A stretch of DNA of 64,000 nucleotides, from the NCBI RefSeq assembly GCF_037392515.1, contig NC_090294.1, positions 14,411,038 to 14,475,037 on the forward strand, written 5' to 3'. The translations under genes were made by a program, and so were the position numbers. The notes below the pieces were generated by a model. It was given only the letters and a program-made list of their open reading frames with translations. It was not told where the DNA came from and ran no database searches. Positions 1 through 12,362 of this stretch are shown here, piece after piece. Each line of letters starts with the position of its first letter. Position 1 is the stretch's first letter. The DNA comes from Haliotis asinina (taxonomy: Eukaryota).

Positions 1-639
1 CGTCTTCTTCAATACGGGATAATTACATGGATTCGTCATAAAACAATCTTTATCAAATTTTTAAAATATTTCACGTGAGGAGAGAATATAACGCCCCTGT
101 TCAGAGGCCAAAATTGTTATATATTATATAAGATACACAATGTTCAGATCATTTCCTATTCACGTATACTGGGACTTTTAATTGTTTTAAGGATATTTCC
201 AAATTTGAACGAGTTTCAAGAATTAATTCTTATCCCTACATGAAGTGCCCAAATCTACTAAAGTTCACCCTTATTACTCCGGTCAAAGGAACAGTGTGCA
301 AGGATTTATGTTCTCAGCTCCTTGAGAAGTCTACATATCAAGCTGATTAGGCGTTAGGAGGCAAACAGCTACATTACCATTTCTTCAAACCTGTAACCCA
401 TTCACTAATTATGGGAAGGGATTTGTCACTTTTATTCGAGGCATAAGAGGTCACAGCTCCAAGCTGCTTGTTGTACATATGTGTTCATTACAAATCAATG
501 ATCTTGAAACACCCCTTTCCGCTGTACAGGCCAGAACGGCTTTGAATGCCACTGTTGGATATGTGGACTATAAGGCGTAATCTCTGAAAATATATAATTT
601 TTCTAGAAACATGTAACTTCGTATTAACTGAAAGGGGAA

Positions 640-845
640 TGAGTGAGTTTTACGCCACACCCAGCAATATTCCAGCTATATGGCAGCGGTTTAAAATAGT
701 CGAGACTGGACCACACAAACCAGTGATCAAAAGCATGAACATCGATTTACGCCACAGGAATATGATGACATGTCAGCGAGGCTCAGCACAAGATCCCATC
801 GATCGCCTCTTACGGCAAGCATTGGTTACTGAAGATCAATCATAA
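640..845 (-). repeat. SINE-like interspersed repeat (core-sharing subfamily), copy a
   Basis: Matches the 18129-18293, 2530-2745, 5912-6125 and 21185-21322 copies. It has the shared core (gatcactgg...gacatgtcagcgaggctc...) and a tail (gagtgagttttacgcc) at the 640-665 end. Confidence 0.5.
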
Positions 846-1759
846 CTCGGATATACACTGAAAAGGAGCCCCAGTGAGCCCCAGTCTAAACCAGTGGAAA
901 TCCACACTTGCTTTATTTAATGTTTGCGCGTTGCAAAACGGGCAGCCAGAAAGAGAGAAAAAAAACAATGTTGTTGGTGTCTGTGATAAGGCGTATTATT
1001 AGTATATTAGTATTATTGATAAGGCGTACATATTACTGTGCGGCGTTAAGCAACATTCGCTCACTCTCGGCCCATAACAAACCATTAATGTCTTCAAAGT
1101 ACACATGTCATTTACAACTCGTTACGTTCCATGACGCTTGAAAGAGTTCCTATATTTTCCCTTGACAAATGGTCTACCCCGACGTAATGTTTAGATAACC
1201 ACCGCGAACAAAAACTAATATCCTGTAATATATCACACCCTTCAAATTTCATCGCTATGGCATTGCCTGGAAACTTTCTAAAACTATTAAGTTCTTATTT
1301 TTTAAATGTAAAAAACAGATCGTTTTCTTGCATGTATGTGACAGTTTCAAGCAGGTGTCAATGCCTTGTCTTCAAATTCTGTCGCTAAGGCGGAACACAT
1401 AAAAATGTATGCCTTCGTTTTTTAAGATATATTACTACCCTTTATTTCTGTATGCGTTTTGCCAAGTTTTAATTTACCGTAAAATGACAAGTTTGAAAGG
1501 AGTAACAATTGTAAGAGAGCTGGTCTACAATTAGAGCATGGTTAACTGTTTTACAGGGCAAGAAGGATGGCGAAGTATGTTGAAGCGCTAACGCCCTTTT
1601 CCTCGCCAACTGTTCGTGTGTGTGTTAGAAGGTCTAAATTCAGTGACTGGCAAAGAACCAACACACTAGGCCAGTATGTGTAATATCTGAACATCTCTCT
1701 ATAGTCGGACATTACTGAAACTTTATTTAGTTCGTGTATTAACCCAATCTGATTGTTTG

Positions 1760-2245
1760 ATAAATGAACACGCAAAGTCCTTTGGGTAATAACAAAAACA
1801 GCAAATTCAATATGTTTCACATGTGAACATGTCAATCAGCAAAAATAGAAAATATGTGTAATAACTAAACAATTCAATGTCTATGTCTCACAAATGAACA
1901 TGTCAATCATTCTGGGTCATAACAGCAAAAATATGAAATTTGTGTAATAACTAAACAGTTCAATGTATTTGTCTCACAAAGGAACATGTCAGTCATTTTG
2001 GGTCAAAACAGCAAGAATAGCAAATTTGTGCAATAACTAAATAATAAAATGTATTTGTCTCACAAATGAACATGTCAACCATTCTGGGTCATAACAGCAA
2101 AAACGGCAAATTTGTGTAATAACTAAACAATTCAGTATATTTGCCTAATACATCAACATGGCAATCATTTTGGGTCATAACAGCAAAAAAACCCGGCAAA
2201 TTTGTGTAATAACTAAACAATTGAATGTATTTGCCTTAATGTATA
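1760..2245. repeat. Tandem satellite, ~87-bp unit x ~5.5
   Basis: Unit tctcacaaatgaacatgtcaatcattctgggtcataacagcaaaaatatgaaatttgtgtaataactaaacagttcaatgtatttg recurs with starts at about 1822, 1893, 1980, 2066 and 2154. Confidence 0.8.
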
Positions 2246-2529
2246 TGTTTATTTGTGTCAATAAAAATTTAACTGACAAACCTGCTGAACAAATAGGCCA
2301 ATTCATAATAATAACAGGCATTTGCTGTGAACATACACATTGTTTGAGAAACTGTCCCACAAAATTTTTTGGGGGTGTATGGAATTGTCATGTAGATGAA
2401 TAAACTATGGTAAGTGTCATAAAATAACGAAACATGGCACCCGGCGGATTCTGGGTGAAAGTAGAGGTCATAGTAAGTTAGGCTATTACGACTGTATAGA
2501 GACCGATGTCATACACCTACAATATTAAT

Positions 2530-2745
2530 GATTGTTGCTGACAGATCCGTGAGGGTCCGGTGTAGAATGGGTCTTCAGCAACCCATGCTTGCCTTGAACG
2601 GCGTCCATGCTTGTCGTTAGAGGCGACTAACGGGATCGGGTGGTCAGACTTGGTTGACACATTTCATCGGTTCCCAATGGCGTAGATCGATGCTCATGTT
2701 GTTGAATATTGGATTGTCTGGGTCAGGTTCGATTATTTACAGACC
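2530..2745 (+). repeat. SINE-like interspersed repeat (core-sharing subfamily), copy b, tail replaced by (CAT)n
   Basis: Head gaggcgactaacggg and core ggttgacacatttcatcg...gatcgatgctcatgttgttgaatattggattgtctgggtcaggttcgattatttacagacc align to the other copies. It runs straight into the CAT microsatellite at 2744-2762. Confidence 0.55.
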
Positions 2746-2762
2746 ATCATCATCATCATCAT
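2744..2762. repeat. (CAT)6 microsatellite
   Basis: catcatcatcatcatcatc. Confidence 0.9.
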
Positions 2763-4687
2763 CTTTATTGGATGCTGAAGTTGGACTATGTTCTGATAAA
2801 GAATACACATATACACAAGTGATACACATACACATATACCTATGCGGTTTCACTCGGCAGTCAAAATGACGAATCTGGTCCAGACAAACCGCATGAAGTG
2901 CAACTTTCCACGTCGTGCGACATTCCATGTCGTCAGGGTATTATTATGCACAAATGAACAAGGTCAATCTAACCACCCGATTCACATTATTCGAAGCTTT
3001 GAAAAGCGTAGGGTATTGAGGACAAATCCCTAACTCGGGATGGGGGTTCGCTCGTCTCACAATCTCTGAACCCCATTATATTTCCACTGCTCACTCCCTT
3101 CTTCAAAAGCCCTAAATGAAGCAAGTCTATATTTCCTCATGTTCTGAATACTCCCAAGTCGCTAGGGCTGGGATGAGTCCGAATTTTCTACCCGGGTACC
3201 CCACCCCCTATTAACCTACCCTACCCGGATACCCGTTACGGTAATTTCTAACATCAAATGTTAAAAAAATAGCAATATATTCTTCAGCTTGAATGCTAAA
3301 ATTTCGATTTTTTCAATATCTTAGCCATGTATTATATTCAAGAGAGGTGGCTATAGATTATGTGTAAATCTTCAAAGGCAACTAATGTTACCTAGATTTT
3401 GACCATGAAGGAGTAACAGATCGTATTGTTTAATTTGTTAGTCACATGATCATACCTGGGCCGGGTATTAAGACGGGTCCAACTATTACCCACGCGTCCC
3501 GAGTAACCGAGCTACCCGTCTCAGACTTACAAGTCACCAAGGTTCCTTGTCAATATGAATAGAATAATCTGTTTCTTTTGAAATGATACATTCAGAGACT
3601 AAGCGATAGGCTAGAGTTCCGCCATAACATAAACTGAAATCTGACGGGTGACTATACCCAGAACCAAATTCAAAACGGTTGTGAAAAATATATCACATTT
3701 ATCACCGAAAATCAGTGATGACACCAGGTGTTCACCAAAAGGGAAAGCATGTGGTTCTGTACCTGTAGCAACCGTTCACAAAATTTGATTAGTTAGAATA
3801 GTGATTGCCTCGCTTCAGTTATGTCTTTGTAACTTCTTATATTTGGGATTACACTTTCTCATTAGAGTACAAAATTTTGTACTTTGGGGGCTAGGTCCAA
3901 TCCGGGATTTGTCCCTTCACCTTCAGAGCGAGACACCTAATCGCCGGTACAGAAATCAGCGATCAAACCCACTCAGCCACCGCAGGACCACAAATATGGA
4001 AAGCTGACACTCATAGTCCAGATCACGAACTTTGGGTAGTCGAGTGTATATTTTGCATGGCTGTCTGGCTGAAAACTATGGATCATGTGTTCGAATCCAG
4101 AATGAAACTCAACCCAAAATGTACCAGAATCTGTACTTGACTTAAATCCCATATATAATATACCATAGGTTTGACTTCTTTTGAAATTGTGTATTTATAC
4201 CACTTTATAGGTTATAATGACATTTATATAAGAATCCATTGGTTATTATGACTTTATGAACAACAGTCCGTCAAGAAAATGACCCCATAATAAATATACA
4301 GGCAATAATGCTATTTGGTCCAAATCCCTTGATGGTAATTACGACCTTACATACCAAAGAGGCTGTTTACTATGATCCCTTGTAGCGAAAACGTATTATG
4401 TAACATTCCCTTTAAAACATTGAAATTGACATTGGTTAACATTGGACGTGTTGTATGCTGCTGTGACATTATACAGAAGGCCTCTGATAACAATATATGA
4501 ATGTCATCATGTGTTGAGGGACTATAGTGTAATGTCACAGTGAACCATGGGGACTGCATGATATGCTATCAATTGAACCATGAAAGACAATAAAATATGC
4601 ATTCATGAATTTAACGGAAGGCCATATCAGTCATCTTGATCCCAAGAGACCACAGTATAAAAGCATGATGAAAACGACTACAAGGGT

Positions 4688-5645
4688 GCACAACACTAAG
4701 GGAAGAATGCAAAACACTAGAGGACAGTATATAACAGTAGGGGGAAGAATATGTAACAAACAGGTAAGAATACATTACACTAGAGGAAAGTACATAACAG
4801 TCGAGGGGAGAATACATAACGCTAAGAGAAAAAATGCAAAACACTAGAGCAAGTACAAAACAGTAGGGGGATAATGCATAACACTAAGGGAAGAATGCAA
4901 AGCACTACAGGAAAGTACATAACAGTAAGGGGGAGAATACATAACACTAAGGGAAGAATGCAAAAACACCAGAGGAATGTACATAACGGTGAGTAGGGGA
5001 GAATATATAACACTGTGGGAAGAATCCATAACACTAAGGGAAGAATGCAAAACAGTACAGGAAAGTACATAACCGTGAGTAGGGGAGAATACATAACACT
5101 AAATGAAGAATGCAAAACACTAGGGGAAAGGACATAACAGTAGGGGGAGAATACATAACACTAGAGGAAATGTGTATATAAATAACACTAAATAAAGAAT
5201 ACATAACACCAAGGGAGGAATGCATAACAATTTAGGAAAATACATAACACTAGATAACATGAGGGAGAAATACACTCTAAGAAAAAATACATTACACCAG
5301 AGAGAGAATATGCAGAATGCATAACACTAGAGGAATAATGCATAACACAGTGGGGGAAATACATAGAATACATAGCACTCGGGAAAGAATACAAAAGACT
5401 AGGGAAAGAATACAAAACACTCGTGGAAATACATTACACTAGGAGAGGTATAGCACCAAGGTGAGAATACAGTACACTAGGGGAAGAATACATAACATCT
5501 GGAAGAAGAATACTCAGCATTTGAGAAGAAAACATAAAGGTAATGGGAAGCTACAGAACATTTGGAATTTAATACGAAACACTAGGGGGAGGAGAATACA
5601 CAACAATATGGGGGGGGGGGGGGAGCATTCATAACACAGTGATGA
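4688..5645. repeat. Minisatellite, ~21-bp degenerate unit with ~63-bp higher-order period, ending in a poly-G run
   Basis: Reiterated gaagaatgcaaaacactagagga / aagtacataacagtaggggga / gaatacataacactaaggg for about 950 bp. G14 lies at 5611-5624. The many overlapping ORFs on both strands here are repeat translations. Confidence 0.85.
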
Positions 5646-5809
5646 GATAAACACACATGAACACAGGGTACACAGGCTCTTGCCATCAAAAAAGAGAGGA
5701 CTTTAAACATCATGAACTGCGTTAACACGGCCAGATGGAAATGTACAATAATGTAATCATGAACTCAGGCATCGACTGAATGGGTCAGAATGGACTTGGT
5801 CACAGTTCT

Positions 5810-6125
5810 AGTTATATCACAACGGTCTGTAAAACCAATTGGGCGTAAGTCAGACAACCCAGTGACTGATATCATGAGCATTGATCGACCTAACTGGAAA
5901 ACGATCACGTGTCCACCAGGTCAGATAGGAAGAAAACCCGATTTCGTTAATCCTTCTTACGACCAACCTATGCTTGTCGCAGGAGATCAACGGGATCTTA
6001 GGGTGAGCCTCGCTGACTTGGTTGACACATGTCATCGTATCCCATTTTGTGCATATGGATACTCATGATGTTGATCACTGGGTTGTCTGATCCAGAGTCG
6101 ATTATGTACAGACTGACACCATATA
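5810..6125. repeat. Head-to-head inverted pair of SINE-like elements (foldback structure)
   Basis: Left arm 5810-5912 is the reverse complement of right arm 6010-6120: cagacaacccagtgactgatatcatgag versus ctcatgatgttgatcactgggttgtctg. The right half (5912-6125) is a full plus-oriented copy, and the left half is a head-truncated minus copy. Confidence 0.6.
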
Positions 6126-6149
6126 GCTAGGGAGCGCTGTCAAACAACA

Positions 6150-6380
6150 AACAATGTAAGAATGACTGAGTGATATGTGAGAGAGTGTGTATGGATTTAC
6201 GTCGTTTTCACCAAACTTACAGCAGTACTACCGACTCCACACAAGCGTTTCACCCATTTCGGCCTTCAGAGACTTAGGAACATTCGTCAAGGGGCTGCCT
6301 TAACTCGGAATTACGGATTATGATGGAACATCAATGTACCTGGGTACCTCCGCAAAATGTCTGAGCTTTCCCGTTCATTC
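6150..6380 (-). repeat. SINE-like copy (related tail gtgaaaacgacgtaaatcc...ctctctcac on the reverse complement)
   Basis: The tail resembles the gcggcgtaaaaccc(a)actcactc 3' ends of the other SINE copies. The minus orientation is inferred from that tail. Confidence 0.3.
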
Positions 6381-6397
6381 ATTCATTCATTCATTCG
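6374..6397. repeat. (CATT)/(TTCA)6 microsatellite
   Basis: cattcattcattcattcattcatt. Confidence 0.9.
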
Positions 6398-6586
6398 CTC
6401 TGCTCGGATAATATATACAGCTCCGTAGCTTGTTACTCTTTAAGCTGCATACACAATGATATTAATCGTGGACAATCCCTGTGAAACTGTCCGTAGAAAC
6501 GCACTTCTGGCTTAATCAATCCCGTGATATGTTTTCAATGAAATATATATGTGTTAAAGTGTCATCGGCTACAAAGGTGAAATATA

Positions 6587-8198
6587 CACCTGGAAATTAA
6601 TCAAGCAACACCCCAATTTTTTCTATTGGAGCAACTTTGAAGTGTTCTGACAATCAAAATATGCCGGGTTGATATAGTTTGACACTTTTTTATTCAACAG
6701 ACGATCTCTGACAAACAACTTAAAGGGAAAAAGTATCAAGACTTTGCTTTATTGCAACGAAATCCAAATTCTTAAAACTGTCTTAAATTCATGAAAAAAT
6801 GGACACAATTTACTATTCATCCACAGACGTTGTTGTCAGGTGTATTAACACAAATGTCACATGGAAAGAAAGAACAGTCATCTGAGAGTCTGCACACCGA
6901 CTTTCATCAATATCTAGTGTGTCCTCCCTGCGCACGCACCACCGATTCCAGACGCCTCCTCATTCCTTGGATGAGTCTCCGGATCTGATTCTGGGGGATC
7001 CTGTTCCACTCCTCATGCAGGGCAGCCGTCAATTCGTTGAGATTATGGACTGGTGGGTCTCTCTGCCTCACACGACGGCCAATAAAGTCCCACAAATGTT
7101 CAATGGGGTTGAGGTCAGGGCTCATGGCAGGCCATGGAATTCTGTCAATTGCATTTTGCCGCAAAAAATCATTTACAGCATGCGCCCTGTGAGGTCTAGC
7201 ATTGTCGTCCATAAATATGGGTCTCGTTGCCAGAGGATGGTTCTCAAAATGAGGTACCACAGCCCTGTCAAGAACCTCCTGTTGGTAACGAACACCGTTA
7301 AGGTTGCCACGGATGGTAATGATATCCAACTTGCAGTTCATGGAAATGCACCCCCATACCATAACGGAACCTCCCCCAAAGGCCACAGTCTCCTGGATGT
7401 TCCGTGGAGCCATTGCTGTGTTCCTCTGCCTCCAGACCCGAGTACGACCGTCCACCATGTGCAGCAAGAACCGGCTCTCATCTGAGAAATGGACCTTCCT
7501 CCAAGAGGCAATGTTCCAGTGCAAACGGTCATTACACCAGGCCAGTCGGGCTGCCTTATGGGCTGGAGACAGTCTGGGTCGCTTGATTGGCCTCCTTGCC
7601 CGGTATCCTGCAGCTTTCAGACGATTCCGAACAGTCCTGTTCGAGATGGGTCTCCCTGGAAGCCACTCCTGTCTCAACCGAGAGCTCGAGTCGAAGGACC
7701 TGCGCCGTACAAGTCTCAGTAAAGCTCTGTCCTCCCGGACTGTGGTCTTCCTGGGTCTTCCTGGTCTAGGCAGGTCTTTAACTTCATTAGTGGCCCGGTA
7801 TTTTTTCAAAAGTTTTGAAATTATGGAATGATGTCGTCCGATTTGAGTCCCGATTTGTCTTAGAGACATACCAGCATTCCTCATGCCGATTATTTGCCAA
7901 CGAGTGGCCTCTGATAATTTCCTACGTGCCATGACATTGAAATGAATGAAAAACCGAATGCAATCGACAACCTGCGCTTGTAAACACCCCAGGGAAAAAG
8001 TGCATTTTTCGAAAGTTGAGGTTAAAGCAATGCACGTGCGCTGTGCAAGCTTCACGCGCGTCATATCAACCCATGAAAAGCTCATGCTGTATGTCAATAC
8101 ATCAAAATTGAATAATCAATCATCAAAATTACTTCGTTAAACTTTGTTAAGTTTTTATGTGTCTTTGAATTTGGTGTTGCTTAATTAATTTCCATATG
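6587..8198 (-). mobile_element. Tc1/mariner-superfamily (Tc1-like, DD34E) DNA transposon, apparently full length (~1.6 kb), flanked by TA target-site duplications
   Basis: 26-bp terminal inverted repeats: cacctggaaattaatcaagcaacacc at 6587-6612 versus the reverse complement of 8173-8198, catatggaaattaattaagcaacacc (24/26 match). TA lies at 6585-6586 and 8199-8200. The element contains an intact transposase ORF. Confidence 0.85.
6907..7932 (-). CDS. Tc1-like transposase, 341 aa, uninterrupted
   Basis: ORF with start MARRKLSEATRWQIIGMRNAGMSLRQIG (paired-like HTH) and a GRPRK AT-hook. The catalytic triad is D in HFSDESRF, D in MDDNARPH and E in NPIEHLW, with 34 residues between the last D and E, which gives DD34E. 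The ORF track extends the frame upstream to 8097, but the first Met matching Tc1 N-termini is at 7932-7930. Confidence 0.85.
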   Translation of the reverse strand: MARRKLSEATRWQIIGMRNAGMSLRQIGTQIGRHHSIISKLLKKYRATNEVKDLPRPGRPRKTTVREDRALLRLVRRRSFDSSSRLRQEWLPGRPISNRTVRNRLKAAGYRARRPIKRPRLSPAHKAARLAWCNDRLHWNIASWRKVHFSDESRFLLHMVDGRTRVWRQRNTAMAPRNIQETVAFGGGSVMVWGCISMNCKLDIITIRGNLNGVRYQQEVLDRAVVPHFENHPLATRPIFMDDNARPHRAHAVNDFLRQNAIDRIPWPAMSPDLNPIEHLWDFIGRRVRQRDPPVHNLNELTAALHEEWNRIPQNQIRRLIQGMRRRLESVVRAQGGHTRY

Positions 8199-11100
8199 TA
8201 TAATTGCAGCAATCGAGGTATCAGTCTTCATAATATTCTTGCTTGAGAGATGTGAGGCGAGGTAAAACGAGATTTTACATGGCGTTCAAGGTAATAAAAA
8301 TAACTAAAACATGCGTGCACAAGTTCTGACAGATGGTATAGTTATTGTTTTGTGTGGTTTCTGCTTTTTATTTTGTTTGTGTTTTGATGTGATGGTGTTG
8401 TAGTGCTAGCCAACCTGTTTCAGACACGACCACTTACGGACCGCCGCCATGTAGAATGAATACTGTTGAGTCTGGTGTAAAACAACAGAGCAACTGTGTT
8501 TTTTCTCATTTGTATGATCAGTGATTAGGGGATAGTTATCATGGGTCACATTTCGTATTATATAACGATATGTTAAATGGGAATAACATTTTAGCGGCAC
8601 GCCTGTTTTGATAGCGCCCCAGAGTTGCCTACCTTGACTGGTTGTTTATCTAGTTAACTTTCGAGTATCGAGAAAGTTTTAAGTGAATGGCGATACAGCC
8701 ACGCTTTGCTCGAATGTTCCCGAGACTGCCAGCATATATGAAAGCTGGTTGTTGTGTTCACGGAATCACACACGGACTTACACTCGGAATTATACTGGAG
8801 TTGTGTGCCCCTGCCTATCATTGCCTGTCCGTCAACATCATCTGACCTGCATTCAAGATTGACACATAACACTTGCATTGTACTAGAAATCTGTATTGTG
8901 ATTCTCCGTAATTTGTTCATTGTTTGCTCATCATATATTATTCAATAGTTTAGACTTGTCTTTGGCATATTTCGCTGGTTCAGTGGGGATTTCTTATACC
9001 TTCTGTCACGGCAATTTATTAACCGTAACAAACAATATCCCTGTCAGGCAGGGTAACAAAAAGTAACATCATTCCACGTCGCGTGATATGACGCTGCCAG
9101 GATCGAACCCCGAGCATCGGTCTGTTGTCCACCATCAAGAGTCGGGGCTTCTTAAAGACACACGTTCACATTTTGACTTCACTAAAATTTGGAACCTGTT
9201 TTCATGCCGAATTGTGCATTTGGAAGATGGGTAACGGGCGTTCCTCCATTTCCATCATATCTGATGTGTTTCTTAGCAACACACTTGATTCGAATTCTTC
9301 GTGTAGGAAGTGAACATCATTCACGTGAGATAGGAATAGATCGGATATATTTTAAACATAAACGCATTTTCAGTACTTCTTGTAAGAGTTCTGCAGCTAA
9401 TCTAACTTCTTCCAACGTGTTAATACAATTATCAGAGATCCTCCCACATTTAGAAGTGTTTATCTTCGCTATCAGATTCGATATCAAAGCTCTGGCAACT
9501 TGTTTTTTTCTCAAGCTATCAGGGAGGCCTAAGAAATTCCAAAAAGCACATGTAAAAGTTGAACATAAAATATGCGTTAATTGTCCAAGCGTTCGACATC
9601 AAATATGAGATTTCATATTCTAACGACCTAGTAAGATTAAAGCATCATCTCTTCCGTCCCGCCAGTTAAAACACTCTCTATAGCTTCGTTTCAAGTCACG
9701 TGATACTTTGTACTTTATGCATCAAATAGCACATCGTAAACTAATGTTGTCAATATGAAAGAGTTCCCGTGGAGCTGAGAGGAGTCTGAAGATGACTTTA
9801 ACATCAGGGCCTAACGCCACATAACACCTTCGCCTTGAGGTACCACCCCCTCCCGCGCTCGGCCGTCGACAATTATTCACAAGGAGCGAAACGGTGAAAA
9901 GAAAATAACGCCATATTACATTGAACACCAACGGGAAACAATGGAGCAAGTAGAGAACGGACCTTCTCACGATTATTACCGGCGATAAAAGCTGAAAAGC
10001 CTCCATCTCAGATTTCCCGTCCTCTCTGCCATTACAATAAAATTATCGATGTTTGGGCTGTCCCCGCCCGGTCGCCCCGTCTGTCCTTCTGCACGTCGCG
10101 TGCCTCTGTCAGCTCGCCCGTCGTAAGTAGGTGGGGCATAGAGTTTTTCGTCCAAAATGGACATAAACGATCAAACGGAGATACGAGATCATGACACAGG
10201 AAGAAGGTTTAGCCCAAATCAACTAAAATGTTTCTTTAATTAGGACTTCAAACGATCAGCTCACGAAATGGTCGAGGACAGATTTAGCCGTGCTGCACGG
10301 GCCTCCCGAAGACAGTTCGTGGACAGATGGCATGTCGTCGCTTGATTTGGCGCACATGTCGCAGAGAGTAACAAAAACACGAACTAGTCCCCACGGTCAT
10401 GCGCACTCATGTGTGCCACATCTTATTGTCTTGCAATTACATTGTCTCTTTCCAGACAGCTTTGGCCGATTTGGGCGCTATTATATTTGTGTACTTAGAA
10501 GGGCATAGGGACATATTTAATTGTGCCGCATGGGGACGGGACATGTTCCAACATGTGTAGATTCCGATCTGACACAACACACACCCACGAAGCTGGCCAT
10601 ACTCCTATGCCGCCGAGACCACGAATATTCAGTTCCAAGAGGAGTCATTGTGGCTGGCGCATTTCAAGGAATATTGTGAGACACTTAAACTTTTGCCTTT
10701 TCGTCAAAATTCAGCACGCGCTTAAGTCAACATTAAAGGAACCGTATTTTCAGTGCAGGAAATATTTGAAAACGTTAAAGAATATTCCCTTTGTCGGAAC
10801 CTTCTAAACTGTATTTAAACCGTTTGGGCACAAACAAACGTTGTTAATAAACCTGGAGACTTTGTCTGTTTTGAAACCATTCCTGAATCCAGTCTCTGAT
10901 GCATAGCACATTCATGATATTAGAACAGTGAAGAATACAGTCTAAATATTTACCTATATGTTTCACCCCGGACCAAATCCTGTTCAAACGTGAGACCATA
11001 ATATCTTCCGACGTAATTCACGTAACACACTTCAAAGAAACAACGGTTCGTCAAAGAACTACCATGGTATTTTCTGCAAACCTCGATGGAATAAGATGCC

Positions 11101-11437
11101 CTATTATTCAATGAGATATATCCCCGAAGATTGCTATAAATGAATGTGCGAATAAATGTTTCAATATTTAAGAAAATGACCAGACTCCGTAAATAATCCA
11201 TAGCTGGACACATTACAGTCCCATGAAATGTATCTTGGGGCGGCAAGTATGATAAACCATCGATTGTATGGTCGCTGGTGCCCAATACAGATCTCTGTTC
11301 GAGATATAGCACTTCTTAGATGAACTTGGTCATTGATGGATTGTGTATAGAAGACCTTGATTTCACAGAGGATGGACCCTGTTGTAGCCTCCAGCTAACC
11401 TGACTTATAATTACCAAGATCACAACTGTTTTATTTA

Positions 11438-11611
11438 TGTATGTATGTATGTATGTATGTATGTATGTATGTATGTATGTATGTATGTATGTATGTATGT
11501 ATGTATGTATGTATGTATGTATGTATGTATGTATGTATGTATGTATTTATTTATTTATTTATGTATTTATTTATTTATTTATTTATTTATTTATTGTTTG
11601 TTTGTTTGTTT
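11438..11611. repeat. Compound microsatellite (ATGT)n-(ATTT)n-(GTTT)n
   Basis: atgtatgt... runs from about 11438 to 11546, then atttattt..., then gtttgttt. The ORFs at 11437-11644 are repeat translations. Confidence 0.9.
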
Positions 11612-11649
11612 CACGCCGTATTAGATAGTATTATAGTGATGTGATCGCG

Positions 11650-11830
11650 GTGTGTACGTCAGTGTAACCCAACTGCGTAGATCAATGTTCAAAGTGTTGA
11701 TCACTGGACTGTCTGGTACATAAAGCCGGAATAAGATAAGCCACAGCTGGAATATTGCTGACATAAACATACATTATCGAGTCAGGATCAGACAGTCCAG
11801 TGACCGGTACTGTGAAACATTATCTTCATG
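11650..11830. repeat. Tail-to-tail inverted pair of SINE-like core fragments
   Basis: 11655-11735 has the plus-oriented core (gttgatcactggactgtctgg...ctggaatattgctgac). 11760-11830 has gatcagacagtccagtgaccgg in the inverted orientation. Confidence 0.4.
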
Positions 11831-11889
11831 GTACAATGACCTCAACGTTACCCACGCCACCACGCTACCCACGTCACACTGACCATTTT

Positions 11890-12068
11890 ACCCAGCCGAG
11901 TCACTAGATCACCTTTCATCACCAGCTTAGTTTGCTTGGATCACATTCACACCCGGGATCCCATTCTGTGGGCTCAAACCTACAGGTGAAGCCCATTTCT
12001 TGTGTCCCCAGCTGCAATATTGCTAGAAACAAACTCAGTCACTGACTTACTCACTCACTCACTCAGCG
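11890..12068 (+). repeat. tRNA-derived SINE copy (3' part well preserved)
   Basis: cccatttcttgtgtcccc...gcaatattgctag...aaactcagtcactgacttactcactcactcactca matches the conserved central block and the (ACTCA)n tail of the other copies. Confidence 0.5.
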
Positions 12069-12332
12069 CATAAACTATATATTGTATTCAGTGTCAGCCC
12101 CTGGATCGGATTAACCATGTATTTCAACAGGAGTATGTTCGGCTTGTTCATTCACAAACTGGACCCTTTAAAACATCCATAGTTTGACGTTATTTCTTGA
12201 ACAAGAATTACCCATGAAGTTAGGATTTGTCCTGAAAAATTATTCATCTACGAACTGCGCAGTAGAAAATATGTTCTGACTTGTTTTTCTTTTTGTTGTT
12301 GTTGTTTTGGGTTTTTTTTTATGCTTTGTTTT

Positions 12333-12362
12333 TTGTTTGTTTGTTTGTTTGTTTGTTTGTGT
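12333..12362. repeat. (GTTT)n microsatellite
   Basis: tttgtttgtttgtttgtttgtttgtttgtg. Confidence 0.85.

Noticed and set aside
3040-3540. Recurrent cccgggtaccc, ctacccgg and gggtagctcgg motifs suggestive of a MITE with inverted termini
   Set aside because: The putative arms match only in short degenerate stretches. No clear terminal inverted repeats or target-site duplications could be defined.
3960-4110. gtgttcgaatcc motif suggesting a tRNA
   Set aside because: The flanks do not form a cloverleaf. It is probably another decayed tRNA-derived repeat fragment, with too little evidence to list as a feature.
4605-5415. Six overlapping ORFs on both strands (63-97 aa) with repetitive peptides such as MYSPLLTVMY and LPLVLCILPL
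   Set aside because: They are translations of the 21/63-bp minisatellite. Their periodic amino-acid pattern mirrors the DNA repeat.
6919-7831. Several plus-strand ORFs of 60-188 aa (6919-7485, 7304-7831, 7404-7586, 7489-7722, 7587-7769)
   Set aside because: They lie antisense to and within the Tc1 transposase CDS. They are frame-shadow ORFs of a GC-richer coding region, not independent genes.
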